Source: an uncultured Candidatus Rokubacteria bacterium (GTDB lineage Bacteria > Methylomirabilota > Methylomirabilia > Rokubacteriales > CSP1-6). From it: a DNA stretch of 64,000 bases. The stretch spans positions 320,001 through 384,000 of the forward strand of contig CAVVEU010000008.1 in the NCBI GenBank assembly GCA_963747235.1, read 5' to 3'. A program made the position numbers and the translations under genes. Shown here piece after piece: positions 1-9,249 of this stretch (the stretch's first letter is position 1; every line of letters starts with the position of its first letter). The notes under the pieces were generated by a model, which saw nothing but the letters and a program-made list of their open reading frames with translations, ran no database searches and had not been told where the DNA came from.

Positions 1-244
1 CGGGCTCGACGGAGGAGCGCCGGCACGCGGCTGCGCGCGAGGAGCGCCGGCGGCTCGAGGAGCGCTACGCCGGCCGAGGCGGCGGCGATCGTCGCCCGGT
101 CCGCGGACTGGGACCGGCGGTGGACGAGGGCGGCGACCGCGGCCGCTGCTCGAGTGGTTCAAGCAGCGGCTCGCGACGCGGGCCTACCTGCGCACCGTCA
201 TCGACGACCTGAGCGACGCGCTGGGAGAGGATGAAGGACGCAGC
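1..244 (+). CDS. hscB: 3' end of Fe-S co-chaperone HscB (partial, frameshifted)
   Basis: Helical C-terminus LEWFKQRLATRAYLRTVIDDLSDAL lies directly upstream of hscA. The call rests mainly on isc operon order; the J domain is outside the window. Confidence 0.55.
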
Positions 245-2084
245 ATGTCTCGCATCGTCGGCATTGATCTCGGGACGACCAACAGCCTGGTCGCCTACGT
301 GGAGGGCGGCATCCCGCGGGTGATCCCGGACGCGGAGGGGCGCACCCTGCTGCCCTCGATCGTCGCCTGGACCCGCAACGGCGTGGTGGTGGGCGAGGCG
401 GCCCGCCGCCAGCTCGCCCGCAACCCGGCGCGCACCGTCTACTCGGTCAAGCGGCTCATGGGCCGCGGCTACGAGGACGTGAAGGACGAGCTGCGCGCAC
501 GTGCCCTTCGAGGTCACCCCGCAGCGCGGAGGTGGTGCGCATCCGCGTCGGCGACCGCGCGGTGACGCCGCCCGAGGTCTCGGCCCAGATGCTCCGCGCG
601 CTCAAGCAGCGGGCGGAGACCCACTTCGGCGAGCCGGTCGAGCAGGCGGTGATCACGGTGCCGGCCTACTTCAACGACGCCCAGCGGCAGGCCACCAAGG
701 ACGCCGGCCGCATCGCGGGCCTCGAGGTGCTGCGCATCGTCAACGAGCCCACCGCGGCGTCGCTCGCCTACGGGCTGCAGAAGCTCGCCCAGGGGCTCAT
801 CGCGGTCTACGATCTGGGCGGCGGCACCTTCGACATCTCGATCCTGCGCGTGAAGGACGGCGTCTTCGAGGTGCTCGCCACCAACGGCAACACGCATCTG
901 GGCGGCGACGACTTCGACCGGGCGATGGTGGACTGGCTCCTCGCCGACATCCAGCGCCGCCACCGCGTGGACCTCTCCGGGGACGCGGAGGCGCTGCAGG
1001 AGCTCCGCCTCGGCGCGGAGGCCGCGAAGTGCCGGCTCTCCTTCGACGAGCGGACCGTGCTCACGATCCCGTTCGAGGGCTTCACCTACCGGCGCGACAT
1101 CGCCCGGGCCGAGGTCGAGGCCCTGGTGGCGCCGCTGGTGGCCGCGACCCTCGGCCCGTGCCGGCAGGCGCTCGCGGACGCCGCGCTCCGCGGCCGACCA
1201 GGTCGACGAGGTGGTGCTGGTGGGCGGCTCCACGCGGATGCCGCTGGTGCAGCGGCGCGTCGCAGGAGCTCTTCGGCAAGACGCCGCACAGCCAGCTCAA
1301 TCCGGACGAGGTGGTGGCGCTGGGCGCGGCGGTCCAGGCGCAGATCCTGGCCGGCGGCATCACCGACATGCTGCTGCTCGACGTGACGCCGCTGTCGCTC
1401 GGGATCGAGACGCTGGGCGGCATCGTGAGCGTGCTGATCCCGCGCAACACCACGATCCCGACGCTGGCCAAGGAGTACTTCACCACGTCGGTGGACGGGC
1501 AGACCGCGGTGGACATGCACGTGCTCCAGGGCGAGCGCGAGCTGGCCAAGGACAACCGCTCGCTCGCCCGCTTCGACCTGGCCGGGATCGACCCGATGCC
1601 GGCGGGCATGCCCAAGATCGAGGTGACCTTCCTCATCGACGCCAACGGCATCCTGCAGGTCCAGGCGCAGCGAGCTCCGGACCGGCAAGGCGGCGCGCAT
1701 CGAGGTCAAGCCGACCTACGGCCTCACCGAGGACGCAGGTGGAGCAGATGGTGGAGGACTCGTTCACGCACGCCGAGGCCGACGTCGAGGCGCGGCTCCT
1801 GATCGAGACGCAGACCGAGGCCGACACCGTGCTGAACCACGTGGAGCGCGCGCTCGCGCCAGGCGCGCGACATCGTGGCCGACGCCGAGGAGCTGGCCGC
1901 GATCGAGGCGGCGCGTCGCCGCGCTGCGGGCCGTCGCGGGCGGGCACCGACCGCGATCGCGATCCGCGAGCGCACGACCGCGCTCAACCAGGCCACCGAG
2001 CCGCTCGCCGAGGCATGATGGACGCCGCCATCAAGGACGCGGTCACCTCGAAGCGGGCCGACCAGCATCCTGGAGCAGTCGTGA
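245..2084 (+). CDS. hscA: Fe-S assembly Hsp70 chaperone HscA (several apparent indels)
   Basis: Hsp70 motifs [35 protein letters not shown] and [10 protein letters not shown], plus the HscA-type EVKPTYGL; followed by fdx and iscX. Confidence 0.88.
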
Positions 2085-2408
2085 TGGCGACGCACAAGGT
2101 CACGTTCCTGCCGCTCAACGTCACGGTCGAGGTGGACGACGCGAAGTACCCGCTGGCCGATCACGGCCGGCCGGGCTCGCTGCTCGACATCGCGCTGGCC
2201 AACGACATCCACCTCGAGCACAACTGCGGCGGGAGCTGCGCCTGCACCACCTGCCACGTCATCGTGCGCGAGGGCGAGCAGAACCTCTCGCACCATGGAG
2301 CAGGACGAGGAGGACCGCCTCGACACCGCGGAGGGGCTGACGCTCCACTCGCGGCTCGGCTGTCAGGCGATCGTCCGGGGCGACGTGGTCGTGGAGATCC
2401 CGAAGTAG
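2084..2408 (+). CDS. fdx: ISC-type [2Fe-2S] ferredoxin (one apparent indel)
   Basis: MATHKVTF...EHNCGGSCACTTCHV...SRLGCQA adrenodoxin-type Cys pattern; TGATG overlap with hscA. Confidence 0.9.
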
Positions 2409-2455
2409 GGCGAGCCGCCGCCGAAGTCGAGGCGAGCGAACATGGAGAATCGATC

Positions 2456-2658
2456 GTGAAATGGCAGGACGCCGAGGACATCGCGCTGGCCCTGATGGAG
2501 GCGCACCCGGACATGGACCCGCTCACCGTGCGCTTCACCGACCTGCACAAGTGGGTGGTCGGCGCTGCCGGGCTTCACGCGACGACGCCAAGGGCTCCAA
2601 CGAGGGGATCCTGGAGGCGATCCAGATGAAGTGGCACGAGGAGTACCAGGATCGCTAG
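2456..2658 (+). CDS. iscX: Fe-S assembly protein IscX (YfhJ)
   Basis: MKWQDAEDIALALMEAHPDMDPLTVRFTDLHKWV...SNEGILEAIQMKWHEE is the IscX signature; located after fdx. Confidence 0.9.
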
Positions 2659-2659
2659 G

Positions 2660-2891
2660 CTACCAGGTGATGACGTGATCGTGCGCGAAGATCAGGTCGA
2701 GCAGGCCCGCGTAGTCGAGGTCGCCCGGGGCGAGGCGCCGCACCGCGACGCCCGCGGGGAGCGACGGCGCGGCGCGCGCCGTCGAGCAGGACCACCGTGA
2801 CCCGCGCGTCGGCCTCCCGGAGGTTGGCCTCGATCACCGCGCCCGCGAGCGCGGCCGAGTCGCGCTTCAGGAGGTGCAGGAAGGTGGCCAT
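2660..2891 (-). CDS. DsrH/TusB-like small sulfur-relay subunit
   Basis: Stitched MATFLHLLKRDS...LDYAGLLDLIFAHDHVITW; the C-terminus resembles the DsrH/TusB DY..F..L......W pattern; third gene of the trio. Confidence 0.6.
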
Positions 2892-3250
2892 CAGAACACG
2901 AGAAAGCGCGTGGCGCGGGACGAGCATCGCGGCGATCTCGGCCGGCGTGACCGGGACCACCGGATGCCCGTCGGCGTTCCAGTCCGGCCGCCGCGGCCGG
3001 AGCGCCCTCGACGTGGAACGGCACGCCGAGCTTCTGGAGCGCGGCGCGGAACTTGGCGATGTCGTCGCCGTCCACCAGGTCGTCGGTGTCGTCGTCGAGC
3101 AGGTGGACGGCGGGGCCGGTCAGCACGATGCGCGACGTCGTTCTCGCCCGCCACGATGCCGAGCGCGATGCGCATCGCCTCGTTGGCCCGGTGGGAGACG
3201 CGCGGGTCCTCCGAGATGAGGACGAGGACGGGCTGGCTCGGGCTCGCCAC
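2891..3250 (-). CDS. DsrF/TusC-like protein (DsrE fold)
   Basis: VLVLISEDPRVSHRANEAMRIALGIVAG...IVLTGPAVHLL pattern of the DsrE/F fold; lies between the DsrE-like and DsrH-like genes. Confidence 0.6.
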   Translation of the reverse strand: MASPSQPVLVLISEDPRVSHRANEAMRIALGIVAGENDVAHRADRPRRPPARRRHRRPGGRRRHRQVPRRAPEARRAVPRRGRSGRGGRTGTPTGIRWSRSRRPRSPRCSSRATRFLVF

Positions 3251-3251
3251 G

Positions 3252-3569
3252 CTAGTTGAGCGCGATGAAGCGATCGGTGCCGTTGATCACGTCGGTGAGC
3301 ACGACGAGGCCGCAGTTGGTGGCGCGCTCGGACAGGGGCCGGCGGCGCTTCTGGCAGCCGTAGGCGCACACGAAGAGCTTGAGCGCCGCGATCGGCGAGC
3401 GCGTGGAGACGATCGTCTTCCACCGCGTCCACCGCGTCGTCGATCAGGTAGAGGTAGACGTCGCCGCCGCCGTCGAGCGCGGCCCGGGACAGCCCGATGG
3501 CGGTCTCGAGGTTCGGGTGGTCGGGGCGGTGGAGAGCATCAGACCGAGCTTCCGTTTGGCCGAGGCCAT
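3252..3569 (-). CDS. DsrE/TusD-like sulfurtransferase
   Basis: Stitched KLGLMLSTAPDHPN...VYLYLIDDAV...KLFVCAYGCQKR...CGLVVLTDVINGTDRFIALN; has a Cys at the DsrE/TusD persulfide position. Confidence 0.72.
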
Positions 3570-3577
3570 GCGGGCGC

Positions 3578-3606
3578 AGCGTAGCATCGTGAAAGGGGAG
3601 CGTCAA
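3578..3606 (-). promoter_or_regulatory. sigma70-type promoter for the dsrE-like gene (probably leaderless)
   Basis: Minus strand reads TTGACG-N17-TACGCT with a TGn extension, 8 nt upstream of the ATG at 3569; the -35 overlaps the A of the iscS start codon. Confidence 0.55.
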
Positions 3607-4765
3607 TGAACCGGAAGGTCTATCTCGATCACAACGCCTCCACCCCGGTGCATCCCGAGGTGGTCGAGGCGATGCTGCCGTACTGCAGCGAGCGCTTCGG
3701 CAATCCGTCGAGCGTCCACGGCTTCGGCCGCGAGGCGCGCGAGGGGCTCGAGACCGCGCGCGAGCAGGTCGCGCACTTCCTCCGGGTCGGCAAGGAGGAG
3801 ATCGTGTTCACCTCGGGCGGCACCGAGTCCGACAACCTGGCGATCAAGGGCGTGGCGATGGCGCGCGGTCGCGGCCACCTCATCACGTCGAAGATCGAGC
3901 ACCACGCGGTGCTGCGGACGGTGCAGAGCCTCGAGACCCTGGGCTTCGCGGCCACCTATCTCGACGTGGACGGCGACGGCCTCGTGGATCCCGACGCGGT
4001 CCGCCGGGCCATCCGGCCCGACACCATCCTGATCTCGATCATGCACGCCAACTCCGAGATCGGCACGATCCAGCCCGTCGCGGGAGATCGGCGCGATCGC
4101 GCACGAGCACGGGCATCCCGTTCCACGTGGACGCGGTGCAGACCTTCGGGAAGGTGCCGATCGATCTCGACGCGTTCGACATCGACATGCTGTCCTTCTC
4201 CGGCCACAAGATCTACGGGCCGAAGGGGGTGGCGGGGCTCTACATCCGCAAGGGCACCAAGATGGTCTCCGTCCAGCACGGCGGCGAGCACGAGCGGCGC
4301 CGTCGCGCGGGCACCGAGAACGTGACGGGCATCGTCGGGCTCGGCCGGGCGGTCGAGATCCGCGGCCGCGACATGGCGGACGAGGCGGTCCGGCTGACCG
4401 CGCTGCGCGACCGCCTCTGGGAGGGCATCCGCGGCCGGGTGCCCGACGTGCGGCTGAACGGCCATCCGACCCGGCGGGTCCCCGGCACGTGCAATATCTG
4501 CTTACCGGCACGTGGAGTCGGAATCCATCGTGCTCGGCCTGGATCTGAAGGGCATCGGCGTGTCGGCCGGCTCGGCGTGCACCTCGGGCAACGTGGAGCC
4601 GTCGTACGTGCTGGTGGCGATGGGGGTGCCGGTGGAGTGGGCGATGGGCGCGGTGCGGCATGCTCGCTCGGGCGGAGCACCACCGCCGAGGACATCGACT
4701 ACGTGGTCGAATCGACCGTGCCGCTGGTGGAGAAGCTGCGGAGCGTCATGCCGGTCCGGGCCTAG
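3606..4765 (+). CDS. iscS: cysteine desulfurase IscS/NifS (apparent indels)
   Basis: [37 protein letters not shown] (PLP lysine) and SAGSACTSG (catalytic Cys, group I). Confidence 0.93.
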
Positions 4766-4780
4766 CCGGCCGGCGACCGG

Positions 4781-5177
4781 ATGCAGTACAGCCCGACCCT
4801 GATCGATCACTTCCGGAATCCACGGAACGCTGGCATCATGCGGAATCCGGACGGGGTGGGGGAAGGGGAGTACAAGGACTGCATGGACCTGGTCCGGTTT
4901 CACCTGCGCGTGCGGGACGGGAAGGTGATGGAGGCGCGGTTCCAGGCCTACGGCTGCGGGCCGACCATCGCGGCGGCGAGCGCGGCGACCGAGGTGGCGA
5001 CGGGCTGCACGCTGGACGAGCTGCTGGCGGTGGAGGCGGCGCGGGTCGAGGCCGCGGTGGGCGGGCTGCCGGAGCCGCGGCGGCACGCGGCGGACGTCGC
5101 GGTCCTGGGCGCTGCGGGCGGCGGCGCGCGACGCGCTGAGCCGGGCGGCGGAGACGAGGAGCGATCGGCATGCTTGA
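4781..5177 (+). CDS. IscU/NifU-N-like scaffold protein lacking the third conserved Cys
   Basis: [20 protein letters not shown] and YGCG are present, but LPEPRRHAA stands where LPPVKxHC is expected. Confidence 0.82.
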
Positions 5178-5846
5178 GCGAATGCGGCAGGACGTGAGGA
5201 CGGTGCTGGAGCGCGACCCGGCGGCACGCTCGGCGCTCGAGGTGGTCCTCTGCTAGTCCGGGCGTGCACGCGATCTGGATCCATCGCGTCGCCCACGCGC
5301 CTCTGGCGCGGCGGCTGGCACCTCGCCGCCCGCTGGGTGTCGCACGTGGGGCGCTTCGTGACCGGCATCGAGATCCACCCCGCCGCCGTCCTGGGCCCGG
5401 GCCTCTTCATCGATCACGGCATGGGCATCGTCATCGGCGAGACCGCCGAGGTCGGCGAGAACGTCAGCATCCTCCAGGGCGTGACCCTGGGCGGCACCAG
5501 CCTCAAGCGCGAGAAGCGCCACCCCACCTCGGCGACAACGTCATGATCGGCGCGGGCGCCAAGGTGATCGGCGGCTTCACCATCGGCGCGGGCAGCCGGA
5601 TCGGCGCCGGCTCGGTGGTGGTCCGCGAGGTGCCGGAGAACTGTGTCGTGGTCGGCGTGCCCGGTCGCATAACATTCCGCAACGGCGAGCGGGTGATCGG
5701 GGCCATCGACCTCAACCAGACCGATCTGCCCGACCCGCTGGCCCGGACGCTCGAGCAGATGGTGGACCGGATCCACGACGCTCGAAGCCGAGATCGAGCG
5801 ACTGAAGAAGGCGGCCGACGTCCCCGCGGACGCGCCCGCGGACTGA
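5170..5846 (+). CDS. cysE: serine O-acetyltransferase (apparent indels)
   Basis: [54 protein letters not shown]...KRHPT and hexapeptide repeats. Confidence 0.9.
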
Positions 5847-5872
5847 CCCAGCCCACAGGAGGCCAGAGCGAC

Positions 5873-6052
5873 GTGCTGCTGCCAAAAGACACGATGGACG
5901 TGAAGGAAGCCGCGCGGTATCTCGCCATGGAGGAGGGGACGGTGGCCCAGATGGCCATCGATCGCCTCATCCCGGCCGTCGAGCACGAGGGCAAGTGGCT
6001 CTTCTCCAAGAAGTCCATCGACAAGTGGCGCGGCCGCAGCGCCACGCGCTAG
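5873..6052 (+). CDS. small excisionase-type (HTH_17) DNA-binding protein
   Basis: [10 protein letters not shown]...[20 protein letters not shown] is a typical HTH_17 pattern; AGGAGG upstream. Confidence 0.75.
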   Translation: MLLPKDTMDVKEAARYLAMEEGTVAQMAIDRLIPAVEHEGKWLFSKKSIDKWRGRSATR

Positions 6053-6165
6053 CTGCCGCGCCGACACGGCGGGCCGAGCGGCTCAGTCACGCGCGCTGAC
6101 CGCAACGCGCTGACCGCAGGCCCGAGCTGTGCAGTACCAAGCGCTCGGGTCAACGCTGAGACGGA

Positions 6166-6230
6166 ACTGGGGGAGTGCGGGGGCCATTTCGAGGCCCCCG
6201 CATATAAGAAGAGCCTTAAAGAACTAGACG
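6166..6230. repeat. dispersed palindromic repeat, copy 1
   Basis: ACTGGGGGAG-TGCGGGGGCC-ATTTCGA-GGCCCCCGCA-TAT...AGAACTAGACG; near-identical to 32139-32200. Confidence 0.8.
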
Positions 6231-6231
6231 A

Positions 6232-7436
6232 TTGCCCGCCCTCCCCCCGCTGACCCGGACGATTCTCCACGTCGACATGGACGCGTTCTACGCGTCCGTG
6301 GAGCAGCGCGACCGGCCGGAGCTGCGCGGGCGGCCGGTGATCGTGGGCGCGGATCCGTCGGGGCGCGGCGTGGTGTCGGCCGCCTCGTACGAGGCGCGGC
6401 GGTTCGGGGTCCACTCGGCCATGCCCATCGGGCGCGCCACGCGGCTCTGCCCCGACGGCGCGTTCGTGCCGGTCGACATGGACAAGTACGCGGGCGTCTC
6501 CGGCGAGGTCATGGCGATCCTCGCCGACTTCACCCCGCTGCTCGAGCCGGTCTCCATCGACGAGGCGTTCCTGGACGTGACCGGCGACCGACGGGCTCCA
6601 CGGCGACGGTCCGGCGATGGCGCGGCGCCATCAAGGCGCGCATCGCGACGTCGCTGCGGCCTGACCGCGTCCGTCGGCGTGGCCGCCGAACAAGTTCGTG
6701 GCCAAGGTCGCCTCCGATCTCCGCAAGCCGGACGGGCTCGTGGTGGTGGCCGCGGGCACCGAGGCGGACTTCCTCGCGCCGCTGCCGGTCTCGCGCCTCT
6801 GGGGCGTGGGCCGCGTGACCGCGGAGGGGCTCGAGGCCATGGGCCTGCAGACGATCGGCCAGCTCGCCGCGGTCCCCGCCGAGTTCCTCGAGGCCCGGTT
6901 CGGCCCGAGCGGCCGCAGCCTCCAGGATCTCGCCCGCGGGCGCGACGACCGCGCGGTCGAGCCGTTCGCGCCGCCCAAGTCCATGGGCGCCGAGGAGACG
7001 TTCGGCCACGATCATCGCGACGTCGAGCGCCTGCACGCCACCCTGCGCGAGCAGGCCGAGCGCGTGGCGCGCGAGCTGCGCGCGGGAGGCTACGCGGGGC
7101 GCTGCGTGACGCTCAAGCTCCGCTTCGCGGACTTCTCCACGCTGACGCGCGCGCCATACCGACGACCCCACGCAGGACGGGCTCGCGATCTACCGCCGCG
7201 CCCGCGCCCTGCTCGACCGCATTCCGCTCCGCCAGCCGGTCCGGCTCATCGGGCTGTCCGTGTCCTCGCTGGGGCCCGCCGCGGCCGGCCAGCTCTCGCT
7301 GCTCGAGCCGGACGCGCAGCGCCGGGAGCGGCTCGCGCGGGCCATGGATCGGGTCACCGCGCGCTTCGGCGAGGAGTCGCTGCGCCCGGCCAGCGTCGTC
7401 CGGCGGCCCCGCCGGGGCCCGTTGCCTTCGGGGTAG
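6232..7436 (+). CDS. dinB: DNA polymerase IV (Y family), apparent indels; start approximate
   Basis: [52 protein letters not shown] and LWGVG. Confidence 0.93.
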
Positions 7437-7488
7437 GCTTCGGCTAGACTCGCTGAACAGCGGTTCATTCCGTCCGTCGGAGAGGCAC

Positions 7489-8245
7489 ATGGAACGGCCC
7501 ATCGCCTACGACAAGCTGGCCCGCGAGGATCGCCTGTCCGGATGCGGGCCCGCGACGTCGCGCAGCTCAAGATCGAGCAGGGGCTGCCCCCCTTCCCGGA
7601 TCTGCTCGTCCCGCGAGTCCATCAAGGAGCGCGTGCACGGCATCATGGTGGGCGAGCTGCAGGCGATGGAAGGAGCCGGCCGGACCGTCTACGATTTCCC
7701 GGACGCGCCGTGGGAGTTCACCATGGACATGGCGCGGCAGGTCTGGGACGAGTCCCGCCACGTCGAGATCTACGTGCGGCTGCTCGAGCACCTGGACGGC
7801 TACATCGGCGAGTTCCCCGAGACCACCATCCTCTGGCGCTGCGCCTGCGCGGAGGACGCGGCGGCCCGCGTGGCCGGCGTCAACCGCGGGCTCGAGGGCC
7901 TGGCCTGCGACGTGTTCAACCAGCTCGTGCACATCGCGCGGAAGATGGGCGACCCGATCCTGGAGCGCGCGGTGGACTACGTGCTGGCCGACGAGATCAC
8001 CCACGTCCGCATGGGCTCGAAGTGGCTGACCCGGCTCACCGAGGGCGATCCGGAGCGCCGCCGTCTCGCCATCGAGTTCCAGGAGACCATCGACGAGCGC
8101 TTCAACCTGGGCGGCATCCGCCGCGATGGCGCCGCACGACGTGGTGCCGATCTCCATCGCCACCGAGGCGCGCCGCGAGGGCGGCTTCACCGACGAGGAG
8201 ATCGCGCGCCTCATCAAGACCACCCAGCGGTCGGCCGTCTACTAG
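7489..8245 (+). CDS. ferritin-like diiron-carboxylate protein (DUF455-like)
   Basis: Ligand spacing GELQA...WDESRH...GLEGLA...ADEITH matches the E/ExxH/E/ExxH four-helix bundle. Confidence 0.72.
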
Positions 8246-8262
8246 ACGCCCGCTCCTGCCGC

Positions 8263-9244
8263 ATGACGCACCCGCTCGCGGGACATCTCGAGGTGGACGA
8301 GTCGGCGAAGACCGTCCGCCACTATCGCTACGCGGTCGAGCGGATGACGCGCATCCTGGGCGGCTGGATGGCGCTGACCCCGGAGCTCTCGGCCAAGCTG
8401 CTCATGGGCCGCCACGTCTGGGACAACGCGCAGCACGCGGACGCCTGGGGCAAGCGGCTCCCCGAGCTGCGCGCCGCGGCCCAGGTCTCGGAGCCCGCCA
8501 ACGCCGCGGCTGGTCGCCTTCCTGGACGCGGTCGAGGGCGCGGAGCGGCCCGAGCAGAGCGTCGAGCGCCTGGTCGCGATCTACCGCGTGCTCAAGCCGC
8601 ACCTGCTCGCCACCTACCAGGCCCACCTGGCGACCGCCAACGCGGTCTACGAGCCGCCCACCTGTCGCATCCTGGCCCGCTGCATCGAGGACGAGCGGCG
8701 CCACGTCGCGGCCGGGGAGACCGTCCTGCGCCATCTCCTCCGCACGCCGGAGCTGGAAGCGCGCGCCCGCGCCTGCGAGGCGCGGCTCTGGGCGCTGCTC
8801 GAGGCGGCGGGCGGCGTGACCGGGACGGGCGCGGCCAATCGCGTGAGCGGCGCCGCGGCGCCGCCCGCGGCGCTGAGCGACGACGCCGCCGAGTTCATCC
8901 GGCTCGAGCAGTCCACCGGGACGTGGCCGATCGCCCCCGCGCTGGCCCAGGCGATCGCCGCCTTCGGCGATGCGCTGACCGCGGGTGACGTGGCCGCGGC
9001 CCGGCGCTGGCTCGCGCCCGAGGTGGAGCTGGGCCCGGATCTGGAAGCGCGGCTCCGCGGGGCGCAGGGCCGTGGCCACTCGATCGTCGCGTGCGCCCGC
9101 CTCGGCGAGCAGCGCCTGGTGAAGCTCCGCCTCGACGGCGCGCACGGCAACGTCACGCTCCTGCTCCGCTGGGTGCCCACCGGCTCCGACTGGCGCGTCG
9201 CCGTGCTCGAGGCCGTTTCCGCTTCCGCCGCGCCGCCCGCCTGA
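8263..9244 (+). CDS. ferritin-like protein with degenerate first ExxH motif and a C-terminal SnoaL/NTF2-like domain
   Basis: [25 protein letters not shown] and EDERRH; C-terminal [20 protein letters not shown]...WRVA; one apparent indel near 8510. Confidence 0.6.
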
Positions 9245-9249
9245 GCTCC

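Noticed and set aside
149-267. hscB C-terminal frame reads in-frame into hscA, suggesting an HscB-HscA fusion
   Set aside because: The area is indel-rich, hscA has its own purine-rich RBS before ATG 245, and one missing base would end hscB at the TGA at 265-267. Read polishing would settle it.
5873-7436. Excisionase-like gene plus error-prone polymerase as a possible prophage or ICE remnant
   Set aside because: No integrase, att-like repeats, phage genes or compositional shift.
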